From the sequence record NC_070981.1: a DNA stretch of 64,000 bases. One strand, given 5' to 3'. Under the pieces are notes generated by a model. That model did not search any database. It was not told where the DNA came from and saw only the letters and a list, made by a program, of their open reading frames with translations. The position numbers were made by a program, and so were the translations under genes. This document shows positions 1 to 8,507 of the stretch, piece after piece (the first letter of the stretch is position 1; the number at the start of each line of letters is the position of its first letter). The stretch is from Escherichia phage EK010.

Positions 1-30
1 TAAGGATTGATATTAGACATGCATTATTTA

Positions 31-523
31 CCCATGTATATCTAACCAGTATTCTCCCACCCGTATTTCTCTTACTCATGTTAAGGAAGGATGAAAGGCT
101 AGCACTGTACAGGCATACTAATAGAAGACTATAACTAACCGGTATTAATAGTAAGAACATTAATGATAACCTATGTAAACTATACTGTTGCTAACACTTC
201 CCCACGTTTGAATGTAATAACTTATGTGATTATTTATGAGTGGATTATTGATGTATGTATGTTTAGACTGGTTATTGTTTACTTTAGTGATTATGTTAAT
301 TCTTTCTTTTAATCTTTTTCTTTTTCAGAGATTCTTTTTTCTTTTGATGAGTAGATTTTTGACTGGTAATTTATTACCGCATGGTCTGACCTGTTACCTG
401 TAACTAACTTACATTATATCCCACCCGTTTCCCCTTCCTCGTTAGGCTTCTTACCCATTGGCTAACCTATGCGGCACGTCTTACCCATCTATCTATCCCG
501 TTGGTCTGCTACCCGTTCTATTA
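31..523. repeat. Direct-repeat motifs in ORF-free left end (TTACCCAT x3, CCCACCCGT x2) flanking a T/C-rich tract
   Basis: Motif copies read at ~31-63 and ~419-500; pyrimidine run ~301-350; no ORF >=60 aa in 1-700. Confidence 0.5.
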
Positions 524-633
524 GTGTTATAAAGTAACATTCTGTCAGTAAGCTGTACCTCTGAGTAAGAAAGTTTAGTAAATTAAACTCCTTTTAGATT
601 CAATGAGTTATGAAATAGTTTGAAAATAAGTGG

Positions 634-661
634 TTGACATGTTTTTCCTTTAATATATAGT
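634..661 (+). promoter_or_regulatory. sigma70-type promoter (TTGACA -35, TATAGT-like -10) with upstream A-rich tract
   Basis: TTGACA at ~634-639, -10 ~656-661, 40 nt before ATG 702. Confidence 0.55.
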
Positions 662-701
662 TGCGACTGTAGTTTGTAGTTCACATCAACCGAAAGGATT
701 A

Positions 702-1571
702 ATGAAAATGTCAAAGTTAGCAATTAAATACTTGAATCAAGCAAATGATGTACTTTCTCCGTTAGGTCTTTCCGTTGGTGTGCCTTCTCAATGGATGGAT
801 AACCAGCAAGCTCGTACCAGCTTTAAAAACTCTGTCATTCTGGCTTGTCTTATCATAGATTCCGCTGCGAACGCCTTACAGTGTGAAGATGAGCAGTCAA
901 TGAAAGAGAATGGTTTTACAGATATGCAAGATGCTATCAACTGTTACATTCAGGCTAATTTAGATAGTTGGACTCAGAATGATTGGCCTGAATCTTGCCG
1001 CGATGTTAACGCAGTATTATCCCGCTTGTCTGCTATGGTTGAAGCTATTCAGAACAAGAAGAAGAAAGATAGTAAGCCTTCTATTGCAAGTAAGATTATG
1101 AAGTCTGTCAACCTTGCAAGTTATGCACTGGTTGCAGCTATCGGTGTTAGTGCTATCGCTACCAATGTGCAGGCAAAAGACTCTCTTTCTACAGGTCTGC
1201 AATCCTTTGTTAGCACGTTTAAGAATGCTCCTGATATGGCTTGCCGTGACGTTGGCAGTGATGGTAATGATTCATTTTGGAAGGTGCATTTTAACTCTGT
1301 AACCGTAAAAGATGTGCGTGTCACTCTTACCCCGTTAGGTGAGAAATCAGGCGTTCAGTCGGTCATTAATTTGAAACGTGCTGACAGTGATCACGACATG
1401 GTGACTTATTCTCTATATCAGAAGATTGAGAAAGAGAAATTACAGTTTGTAACTAATCTCGTTAGCTATGGTGATGTTAGTGAAACTGTACTCGCTACCA
1501 CTGCTTATAATGACGGTGTAGCAGTTTATACAACCTTTATTAACTTTGCTAATTGTGAGGCTATTCAGTGA
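702..1571 (+). CDS. hypothetical protein (289 aa)
   Basis: Track ORF; ATG start after promoter; no recognisable motif. Confidence 0.7.
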   Translation: MKMSKLAIKYLNQANDVLSPLGLSVGVPSQWMDNQQARTSFKNSVILACLIIDSAANALQCEDEQSMKENGFTDMQDAINCYIQANLDSWTQNDWPESCRDVNAVLSRLSAMVEAIQNKKKKDSKPSIASKIMKSVNLASYALVAAIGVSAIATNVQAKDSLSTGLQSFVSTFKNAPDMACRDVGSDGNDSFWKVHFNSVTVKDVRVTLTPLGEKSGVQSVINLKRADSDHDMVTYSLYQKIEKEKLQFVTNLVSYGDVSETVLATTAYNDGVAVYTTFINFANCEAIQ

Positions 1572-1816
1572 ACGAATCATTTGCAACCGTGATAAACGCC
1601 TATATGTGCATCCAGCACGGTGATTTGGTTATCAGTGGTAAATATGGCCTTGTACTGATTCCTATCCGTGCTTTGGCTTCCTTGTCTTCAGCACATGCAC
1701 GCATGACTATTGCCCGATTGTCCGGCCTTGATCCCATGACCGCTAACGAGTATCGTGATTTGCTGGTTAAGTCTGGTTTATCGCTGGAAGAACTGTTAAC
1801 CGTCGAGGATAATTAA
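1568..1816 (+). CDS. hypothetical protein (82 aa)
   Basis: Track ORF; start overlaps upstream stop (ATGA coupling). Confidence 0.55.
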   Translation: MNESFATVINAYMCIQHGDLVISGKYGLVLIPIRALASLSSAHARMTIARLSGLDPMTANEYRDLLVKSGLSLEELLTVEDN

Positions 1817-1818
1817 CG

Positions 1819-2091
1819 ATGGAAACTATTGCCATTATTGAAACACATAATTACGGCGTAGGCATTACACTGAATTATGATGCTATGGCTGACGTTGGTA
1901 ATTTGTTATTGATCACCCCTAGCGATATGAAAATTATTGCCTTCACTGGTATTATGCTTATTGGTGCGGATTATCTTGAGCTAGCCCAATTCTTTGCCCG
2001 TAATGGCCTACTATTGGACGTTGACGAGGTGCAAGCCATTTGTGAAACCTTTGATAACTATCTAGATAAGGTAGTAAGTGGTGAGCAATGA
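1819..2091 (+). CDS. hypothetical protein (90 aa)
   Basis: Track ORF tightly following previous gene. Confidence 0.55.
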   Translation: METIAIIETHNYGVGITLNYDAMADVGNLLLITPSDMKIIAFTGIMLIGADYLELAQFFARNGLLLDVDEVQAICETFDNYLDKVVSGEQ

Positions 2092-2105
2092 TTCATAAAT
2101 ATTTC

Positions 2106-2134
2106 TTGCATTGCCTGATTGCTTTCTGTATCAT
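2106..2134 (+). promoter_or_regulatory. possible sigma70-type promoter (TTGCAT-17-TATCAT)
   Basis: Hexamers read in intergenic region before 2191 gene. Confidence 0.35.
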
Positions 2135-2190
2135 GTTATTTACCTATGACATGATTTCTTATGTTGCACGTTCCTTGTAAGGGTTGGATT

Positions 2191-2517
2191 ATGAAAATTA
2201 AATTAGCTGTATGTGCTGCCTTGTTCGCTGTTTCTTCCGTGTCACATGCTGCCGTATTCAATGAGGCTAGCCTTGATGGTCTGCAATGCACCTATCTAAT
2301 GGAAAATTACGACACTGGCAAAAAGTCTAGCAAGGTAGTATTGATTGACCTGAATGATTATGATCATCGTGTCGTTGATGGCAAGCATGCAATGCTAGTC
2401 AATGAAACTACAGGCAAGCAAATTACTATTGATCACATGATGCGATCTAGCATGACGTTGTTCGATGAGTCGATGAACGAAATATCATCCGGTAACGGCA
2501 CTTGCACCAATCCGTAA
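2191..2517 (+). CDS. small exported protein with N-terminal signal peptide
   Basis: Internal ATG of track ORF 2161-2517 gives MKIKLAVCAALFAVSSVSHA signal-like N-terminus. Confidence 0.55.
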   Translation: MKIKLAVCAALFAVSSVSHAAVFNEASLDGLQCTYLMENYDTGKKSSKVVLIDLNDYDHRVVDGKHAMLVNETTGKQITIDHMMRSSMTLFDESMNEISSGNGTCTNP

Positions 2518-2536
2518 CCAATCCGTAAGACTCTCT

Positions 2537-2562
2537 AAGCGCCCTTTTGAGGCGCTTTTTTC
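2537..2562 (+). terminator. intrinsic terminator
   Basis: AAGCGCC/GGCGCTT stem, 7-nt loop, T-tract, directly after stop at 2517. Confidence 0.7.
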
Positions 2563-2766
2563 ATTTCTAAGGTGATTGTATGCCTTACTCCCTTTTAGCT
2601 CGTTGTGATGCGTTACAGGACGCTTATTATTGCTTTACAAGCCATTTCCTGTGATGTATCACGCGTGCACGTTCCTTTACCTCCTGATTTCTTTGTAGTT
2701 CCTATCCTCCCTAAAATAAATTCCTTTATAAAACAGTGAGATATAAAATAATTTGAAAAAAGGGTA

Positions 2767-2795
2767 TTGACAGGGTTTTCCTGTATAGTAATATG
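2767..2795 (+). promoter_or_regulatory. sigma70-type promoter P1 (TTGACA-16-TAATAT)
   Basis: Consensus -35 hexamer plus A-tract UP-like element upstream. Confidence 0.6.
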
Positions 2796-2922
2796 AATCC
2801 CGTAGTAAGCAGTAAGTAACAACAAGTAGTAAAAACTCCTCGATAGGTGATTAGCATCACGGTAAAAGGCTTCAACGGGGAGCGGTAGGAATACCGACAG
2901 TAAGACGCACAATGAAGTGCTA

Positions 2923-2936
2923 CGCTCTTTAAAAAT
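2923..2936 (+). promoter_or_regulatory. boxA-like antitermination motif CGCTCTTTAAAAAT
   Basis: Matches lambda nutL boxA (CGCTCTTAAAAA) and rrn boxA (GCTCTTTAACAA) consensus. Confidence 0.5.
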
Positions 2937-2970
2937 CAGGCTAGAAAGTGAAAATACTTTAAAAATAGTA

Positions 2971-2999
2971 TTGACACCGAAAACAGCCTGATTCATAAT
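2971..2999 (+). promoter_or_regulatory. sigma70-type promoter P2 (TTGACA-17-CATAAT)
   Basis: Near-consensus hexamers, A-rich upstream. Confidence 0.65.
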
Positions 3000-3032
3000 A
3001 AGCACTCAGTCAGCGATGACTTAAAATATCCC

Positions 3033-3046
3033 CGCTCTTTAAAAAT
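3033..3046 (+). promoter_or_regulatory. boxA-like motif CGCTCTTTAAAAAT
   Basis: ~30 nt downstream of P2 -10. Confidence 0.55.
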
Positions 3047-3095
3047 ATGATTTGTCTTACAGGTGGCGGCGACGTCATTACTATAAGGCGCTTAG

Positions 3096-3124
3096 TTGAC
3101 CACTAGAATTGATTCCTGATTCAT
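3096..3124 (+). promoter_or_regulatory. degenerate copy of the P2/P4 promoter module (TTGACC ... CATACG)
   Basis: Aligns with P2/P4 but -10 hexamer is degraded. Confidence 0.25.
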
Positions 3125-3302
3125 ACGTGAAACAGGCGGACGATGAGCAACAAAATAAGCCTCATTTGTTCGATACTTTCAAATGGTCGATGCTTGAAAG
3201 CGCACTAGATTCCTAAAAGACAAATCAGACTTATCATCTTGCCCTTTCGCATAGATTCACGCGAGATAAGGGAACGGAATAAAAGAAGACGATAAAAAAG
3301 AG

Positions 3303-3330
3303 TTGACAAGGTGAAACGTTCTGATAGAAT
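3303..3330 (+). promoter_or_regulatory. sigma70-type promoter P3 (TTGACA-16-TAGAAT, TG extended -10)
   Basis: Hexamers read directly; A-rich UP-like tract upstream. Confidence 0.65.
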
Positions 3331-3353
3331 GTTCACTAAGCAGTAAGAAACAC

Positions 3354-3367
3354 CGCTCTTTAAAAAT
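3354..3367 (+). promoter_or_regulatory. boxA-like motif CGCTCTTTAAAAAT
   Basis: ~20 nt downstream of P3 -10; followed by TAAGCG-CAAC-CGCTTA hairpin. Confidence 0.55.
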
Positions 3368-3469
3368 ATGAATCAGAAAGTTAAGCGCAACCGCTTACAA
3401 TCTTGTTAATCCAATGCGTGATTAACTGGTCATTCGAAAGAATAGACGAGAAAAAGATTTAAAAAGTGG

Positions 3470-3498
3470 TTGACACGCTAAACAGGATGATTCATAAT
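3470..3498 (+). promoter_or_regulatory. sigma70-type promoter P4 (TTGACA-17-CATAAT)
   Basis: Near-identical module to P2. Confidence 0.65.
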
Positions 3499-3587
3499 GA
3501 GCACTCACTAAGCAAATCACCGCGAAGTGAACAGCGTAACAACGGCTAACAGTTGCATAGTGTGAGAAAACACACTGATAGATTTAC

Positions 3588-3600
3588 CGCTCTTTAACAA
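3588..3600 (+). promoter_or_regulatory. boxA-like motif CGCTCTTTAACAA (rrn-type)
   Basis: 12/13 match to E. coli rrn boxA as I recall it; followed by TTTAAACA. Confidence 0.55.
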
Positions 3601-4414
3601 TTTAAACATTCTCCTATATCGGTTGAATATGCTAGATGATAATAACCATCGGATAGCATACCAGATAAAACGGTGTAAGATTCTCTAAACTATCAGAGTA
3701 AACAACCTTACAATCCCTTAACTGGAAACGTCACCACTGATAAACAGATTCATCGAGTGCACGCAAAGACTTAAGCTAATCGCCCACGGTTAAGGGTAGC
3801 GGCGGTCATCGCTAACAAGGCGCTACGGTGAAAGAAGTTAATCGGGGTAGGCAATTCCGACGAATACAAGCTCAATTGAGAGCGGCGGTGAGTGGTTAAA
3901 GAGTAGCAAATTGCTATTTAACAATAAGGTTTAGTGTGAACGTTTACGAAGTGAATGATTTGAGGCCACTATTGATGGCGTACATAATCAGTTTATGTAG
4001 TAAACCTGCTGAAAGATATAAAACGTCAATGTATCAGGCGGCTAATGACTCTTTCGCAATAACCTCCCGTAGTGGGCGATGGTTAGCGATTGAGAGTTAG
4101 TATAAAAGGATAGGCGGGAGCGAAAGCAAAGTAAACGATATTACCGACGGTTACAATAAAGTAACTAATTAGAGTCGGGCACACTGCCTTATTGTGATGA
4201 TTGATCATCGCTGGCAAATCGGCTTTGTTTATAGCGATTAGTTGAATCCACCAGATGAAACATCACGGCAAGTTAGGCGGCAAGGTTAACTCCTGATAAG
4301 ACCGCCTGATTTACCACTGGTTACTAATAGTTAGTGATTAGTGTTAAGTCATTGTGACTTGAATAGCTCATAGAGAGCGGCGCATAGTGCGTTTACAATT
4401 GAAAGGTGAATATC

Positions 4415-5317
4415 ATGGCTAAAGTTTTTAATCTGGTTAACGAATCCGGCTTTAATGCACTGGCTAACAACATTCGTAGCAACAACGCGGCAATCAAACA
4501 AGATGTTTCTAATTTCCTGTTAGGTCATTTGCAGCACTTCCGCACTAACGGTAAGAAACTTCATGTATTGCAGGCGGCGGTTGATTTTCTGTTAACTGAA
4601 CGTTATCGTGATTTAGATGTGATTGCAGTTGCAATCTCTTTCCTCACTCCTATCAAGTTTAACACCGATGCGGCAAATGGTCGTAAAAAGTGGATTAATC
4701 TGGAAGGTGAGGCGAAAGCGAAAGAAGATGCGAAAGAAGCGCAAATTAAGGCCAAAATGGAACAAAACCGCGCTCGCTGGTCAAACTCCTTTGAACGCTT
4801 TGCTAAAGGTGAAGACGTGCAGGTTGATAACCCAGCATTCTACAAAGGTTGCAACGACAACGTTCCGGTAGCAAACCAGATCAACCAGAAGGTTAACGAA
4901 AACTTTAATCAGGATATTTATGCACTGGTTGACCGTCTGGCTGCAATCCGTATTGAATCGGCATTACTAGCAGATGAACGCAATGGCGCATCTTCTGATA
5001 ACACTATCGCATTGAGTGAAGAAGTAGGCAAAGTTAAGAAAACTTTCGATTCACTCCTTAAGAAAGTAACCGCTTCAACTGTATCTATCAGCGATGACTA
5101 CCTGATTAATGCCTCGACTAAAGAGCTTGAATCTTTGGACTCATACGCCGATGAAATGGAAAAGGCGATCAACGAAATGACTGAAAAATTGTCTAACCTT
5201 CGCGGTCGTATCTCAAATGCTTCAACTATCAAAGCTAATGAGAAAGCTGCGCAGGAAGAAGAAGAAGTGTTGCGCAAAGCTGCCGAAATCATGGCGGCAC
5301 GCCAACAAGCTGCATAA
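4415..5317 (+). CDS. hypothetical early protein (~300 aa, charged, coiled-coil-like C-terminus)
   Basis: Track ORF 4406-5317; ATG 4415 preceded by AAAGG SD; first gene after promoter/boxA leader. Confidence 0.7.
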   Translation: MAKVFNLVNESGFNALANNIRSNNAAIKQDVSNFLLGHLQHFRTNGKKLHVLQAAVDFLLTERYRDLDVIAVAISFLTPIKFNTDAANGRKKWINLEGEAKAKEDAKEAQIKAKMEQNRARWSNSFERFAKGEDVQVDNPAFYKGCNDNVPVANQINQKVNENFNQDIYALVDRLAAIRIESALLADERNGASSDNTIALSEEVGKVKKTFDSLLKKVTASTVSISDDYLINASTKELESLDSYADEMEKAINEMTEKLSNLRGRISNASTIKANEKAAQEEEEVLRKAAEIMAARQQAA

Positions 5318-5338
5318 CCCATAATAAAGAACAAGTAA

Positions 5339-5371
5339 GGCGCTATTCGAAAAGGTAGCGCCTTTTCTTTT
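5339..5371 (+). terminator. intrinsic terminator
   Basis: GGCGCTA/TAGCGCC stem with T-tract after stop 5317. Confidence 0.7.
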
Positions 5372-5416
5372 ACTAGTGCATTGATTCAGTGTGCTAATCA
5401 AAGAAACTAAAAAGAG

Positions 5417-5650
5417 ATGATCACCATGCCAAAATTGAAAACAGAAGTTAAGATGTATCGTAATATCTTAAACAATATGACCTATCGTAAAACCGATAGA
5501 TATGGAATCGAATGCAAATGCACCCTTACCGGTGAATGGTATCCGTCACCGATTCAAGAACAAGCCTTGATTGATAACTCTGTCACTTATACTATCACGC
5601 AGGAAACTAAGTTAGGTCGTCTACTTCGTAAGCTAGGGCTTCGCAAATGA
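5417..5650 (+). CDS. hypothetical small protein (77 aa)
   Basis: Track ORF with AAAGAG SD-like sequence. Confidence 0.5.
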   Translation: MITMPKLKTEVKMYRNILNNMTYRKTDRYGIECKCTLTGEWYPSPIQEQALIDNSVTYTITQETKLGRLLRKLGLRK

Positions 5651-5868
5651 TTTTAACTCAATCCCACCTTTGCCCCATCTGTAAGAAAGCACGTGCTAAC
5701 AACAACCATCGCAAATGTAGCAGAATCTTACAACGTCGTCGTAATGATGCCGAGATGGATAAGATTCGAAAGAATCAGCATGAGCACGAAAGAAAACAAG
5801 CGGCGATTAGTGCATCTTCTGTAATGTATCGTCGTGTAAGAGCACTCCAATATAAAGAGGTTGTTTAA
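5647..5868 (+). CDS. hypothetical small basic protein with CxxC motif (73 aa)
   Basis: Track ORF; start overlaps upstream stop. Confidence 0.5.
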   Translation: MILTQSHLCPICKKARANNNHRKCSRILQRRRNDAEMDKIRKNQHEHERKQAAISASSVMYRRVRALQYKEVV

Positions 5869-6078
5869 ATGACTAGTTTAAGCACGTTAGAGAAGAAAGC
5901 GACTCGACTGTTAGGGCGTCGTGTCCGCTACCACTACCTGAATAAAGGTAAGGCATTAACCGGACGTATTACCACGGTATCCAGTTGTCGCGGTAAACTG
6001 ATCTCTGTAAGTGTTCTCTTTGATGGTGAAAAGGTAGCAATTACACGTAGTTGGAAGTCATTTAGTTTAATTGATTAA
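5869..6078 (+). CDS. hypothetical small protein (69 aa)
   Basis: Track ORF adjacent to previous gene. Confidence 0.5.
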   Translation: MTSLSTLEKKATRLLGRRVRYHYLNKGKALTGRITTVSSCRGKLISVSVLFDGEKVAITRSWKSFSLID

Positions 6079-6148
6079 GTTATTTGGTTAAGCCTTGCTG
6101 TGTGGTAAGGCTTGCACGATATAATTTATCAGCGAAAGGAATAAAGCA

Positions 6149-6592
6149 ATGGCTAAATCTAAAATCAGCATGAAAGGCGGACGAGTGTTCTCTATGAGTG
6201 AGCTGGAAAAAGAAAAGCCAGCCGCTGTTAACCATATTAGCAAACGTAGCCTTAAACGCAGGGCTATGAAACAGGCCGCTCAAGAACATAAAGAATCTCC
6301 TGTACCAAAGGTACTAGGTCGCCGTGTTCATCGTGCTGATGCGCTTCTTCTTGCTGATCACAAGCGTTCCTTGTTAACCAACGGGGCGGCGAAAACGGAA
6401 CAAGAAAAGCGTTTAGAAATCTTCTGCAACGGTCGCACTAAAGGTAAGCAGAAGAATAAAGGTAGCACTAAGCCGCCGAAAGCATTCCCTACTACTAGCC
6501 AATGTGCACCTGATGTTTTCTACGCTGATAGCAAACACAAGTGGGGAGTTGAAAAATATATTGACCCAATCAAAACAGCAAGAGTTAAGTAA
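6149..6592 (+). CDS. hypothetical basic protein (147 aa)
   Basis: Track ORF; Lys/Arg-rich. Confidence 0.6.
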   Translation: MAKSKISMKGGRVFSMSELEKEKPAAVNHISKRSLKRRAMKQAAQEHKESPVPKVLGRRVHRADALLLADHKRSLLTNGAAKTEQEKRLEIFCNGRTKGKQKNKGSTKPPKAFPTTSQCAPDVFYADSKHKWGVEKYIDPIKTARVK

Positions 6593-6622
6593 GCCCCTTC
6601 TGTACCAGTGGTCAACTACTAT

Positions 6623-6646
6623 GACGCTCTTCTTGAGCGTCTTTTT
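6623..6646 (+). terminator. intrinsic terminator T1
   Basis: GACGCTC/GAGCGTC stem, TTTTT. Confidence 0.75.
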
Positions 6647-6650
6647 GTCT

Positions 6651-6671
6651 GCCGCCTTTGTGCGGCTTTTT
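6651..6671 (+). terminator. intrinsic terminator T2
   Basis: GCCGC/GCGGC stem, TTTTT. Confidence 0.7.
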
Positions 6672-6752
6672 GCGTAGCTAGTGATGCCTAAAGGGAACTC
6701 CCTTTGTGAATCATTGGCATGGTTCAATTCCTATTGGATGGTCATTTGACCG

Positions 6753-6776
6753 GGCCTTTAACGAGGCCTCTTTTTT
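6753..6776 (+). terminator. intrinsic terminator T3
   Basis: GGCCT/AGGCC stem, TCTTTTTT. Confidence 0.55.
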
Positions 6777-6800
6777 AAGAGTCTTTACGAGGATTCTTAA

Positions 6801-6932
6801 ATGAGTGAGGTCATGTTCACTCTTTCAGGTCGCCCCGTCTTCGGATGGGGCTTTTTTATGCCCGTAAAACAGGGGGTAGTAAGTTCTGATAACGACAGCC
6901 CAGCTACTTTTGACATTGACTATTTATTATGA
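6801..6932 (+). CDS. possible short leader ORF (43 aa) spanning terminator T4
   Basis: ATG with GAGGA SD; overlaps start of 6910 gene in another frame; below track size cut-off. Confidence 0.2.
   Translation: MSEVMFTLSGRPVFGWGFFMPVKQGVVSSDNDSPATFDIDYLL
6832..6857 (+). terminator. intrinsic terminator T4
   Basis: GCCCC/GGGGC stem, TTTTTT. Confidence 0.7.
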
Positions 6933-7296
6933 GGCAGGGAATCAGCCAACCGCTTGCAAAGCATTAGTAGCGGATACCGTAATAAACAGAATGTCACAAC
7001 GAAAACTGACTGCCGAGCAGGTTATAAACCAACGAAACCAGTTCGAGTGGATACCCGTCCTATTAAAGAAGGAGAAACCTTTTAAGCGTTATGTAAAGCT
7101 GATTCGTGATGATAATCCTCTGATAAAGAAAGCAATCAGAGAGAGCGAGGAGCTTGCAAGACGTGCACTGAAGAAGGGTTATGTGCCTTTATATAGCGGT
7201 ACATACTTTCAGAGTAAGAGCGAAGGGGTGCCAAAGTGGTATACCAATCCAATGTATTGTGGTGATTTAGTGTTCAATAATAGTGCCCGTGACTGA
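6910..7296 (+). CDS. SleB/CwlJ-like cell-wall hydrolase domain protein
   Basis: IYYEAGNQ...CKALVADTVINR...QVINQRNQFEW motifs typical of Hydrolase_2 family; apparent TTG start. Confidence 0.55.
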   Translation: MTLTIYYEAGNQPTACKALVADTVINRMSQRKLTAEQVINQRNQFEWIPVLLKKEKPFKRYVKLIRDDNPLIKKAIRESEELARRALKKGYVPLYSGTYFQSKSEGVPKWYTNPMYCGDLVFNNSARD

Positions 7297-7497
7297 TTCA
7301 TAGGTGCCAAGATCGACAAACTAAATTCCCTTATAAATCACCTACTTATGATTTTCTCTGTAAAAAGTGGTAGTGATTCGGAACCAGAGGTAATGACTGT
7401 ATATAGACCTCTGAAAATTATTGATAGAAATTAAGTTTAGAAATAATAAATTCTAAATAATATTTCTTATAATATCTTACTTTAAGAGGATAAAGAT

Positions 7498-7803
7498 ATG
7501 ACTTTAGAGGTTTATAAGTTCCTTCTCGTACTCACTGTAACGATCTCTACTCTAGGATTTATTGCTTTAAGTAATAAATCAGCAAGCTGGAAGCGTCGTT
7601 ACGAGTTCCTTCTTAAGCAAGAGGAAGTCTTTAATGCTGATGTTCGTTCCAAACTGCTCAAGATGCAGGAGCAAATTGAAGCACGTAATGATCGTTTGGC
7701 TTCTTTGGGTTGGGAGATTAAACGTATTCAAGATCTCAACAAGCAACTCACTGAAGAAATTAAACGCCAGAATGAGGAAACAGAGGATGCGCTCAAAGGT
7801 TAA
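7498..7803 (+). CDS. membrane protein with N-terminal TM helix and coiled coil
   Basis: Track ORF; hydrophobic FLLVLTVTISTLGFIAL. Confidence 0.55.
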   Translation: MTLEVYKFLLVLTVTISTLGFIALSNKSASWKRRYEFLLKQEEVFNADVRSKLLKMQEQIEARNDRLASLGWEIKRIQDLNKQLTEEIKRQNEETEDALKG

Positions 7804-7963
7804 GTTTACCACTGGTAACACTGTTCGCCTTGTTGGCGGTACTCAAACAGGTGTTATTCGTCGGAGAACAACGATTGATGGTGTTCTCTGTTATCTTGTT
7901 CAGTGGAATGGTGAATCTTCTCCTTCCTTCGAACGTCGTACTGATTTGGTGTTAATCAAATGA
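7787..7963 (+). CDS. hypothetical small protein
   Basis: Internal ATG of track ORF 7634-7963 with GAGGAAACAGAGG SD. Confidence 0.4.
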   Translation: MRSKVKFTTGNTVRLVGGTQTGVIRRRTTIDGVLCYLVQWNGESSPSFERRTDLVLIK

Positions 7964-8190
7964 AAATTAATCTCTTCTCTGTAGTTGTTACCAAAAAGCT
8001 CAGTGAGTTACGTCCTGGCGATGTGTTCCGTTTACCAACTAACTCTGAAAATGTCTACCTAAAGACAGACACTAGACTTAACGATATGCATCGTGTGGTT
8101 GGTCTTAGTCAGGGGACACTGTTCCAATTACAGGAAGACCATGAAGTTATCCCTGTACCTGATGTTCAAGTAACTCATATCGGTGGTTAA
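7960..8190 (+). CDS. small protein, paralog family A (LRPGDxF ... EDxEVxPVP)
   Basis: Track ORF; shares motifs with 13142-13390, 9245-9496, 11500-11754. Confidence 0.55.
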   Translation: MKINLFSVVVTKKLSELRPGDVFRLPTNSENVYLKTDTRLNDMHRVVGLSQGTLFQLQEDHEVIPVPDVQVTHIGG

Positions 8191-8499
8191 ATGATAAATC
8201 TTAATATCCGTAGAGGTTTTTACCCTAAAGTCTCTTTCCGTGCTCAACTGGAGCAGCTTCCTGGTGTAACTTTCTTAGAGTTTACCTACAGCTGCGGTCG
8301 AGACAATCCCGGTTTCACTGTCACAATTGAATCTGGTTGGTTTAATATGACCATCATGCCAGAAGATGTTAACAATGCACTCCGTGGTATTAAGTCCGGC
8401 GGCCTAAACCTTTTAGCTCCCAAGGTGGGTGATGAACTTCTCACTGTGATTCGTAATGGTGTGGATAAAACAGCTAAGATGGTTGAAGCTCTTAAGTAA
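8191..8499 (+). CDS. hypothetical protein (102 aa)
   Basis: Track ORF. Confidence 0.55.
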   Translation: MINLNIRRGFYPKVSFRAQLEQLPGVTFLEFTYSCGRDNPGFTVTIESGWFNMTIMPEDVNNALRGIKSGGLNLLAPKVGDELLTVIRNGVDKTAKMVEALK

Positions 8500-8507
8500 C
8501 ATCGACT

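Noticed and set aside
2613-3005. Minus-strand 130-aa ORF in the leader region
   Set aside because: It lies across the plus-strand promoter and boxA modules, has no SD, and its composition looks like translated AT-rich non-coding sequence.
2900-3620. Possible CRISPR array or rRNA operon fragment suggested by the repeated CGCTCTTTAA motif
   Set aside because: The repeats are irregularly spaced (110-330 bp) and each sits downstream of a promoter, with no uniform repeat-spacer structure and no cas genes. There is no 16S-like sequence after the rrn-type boxA, so a promoter/antiterminator role fits better.
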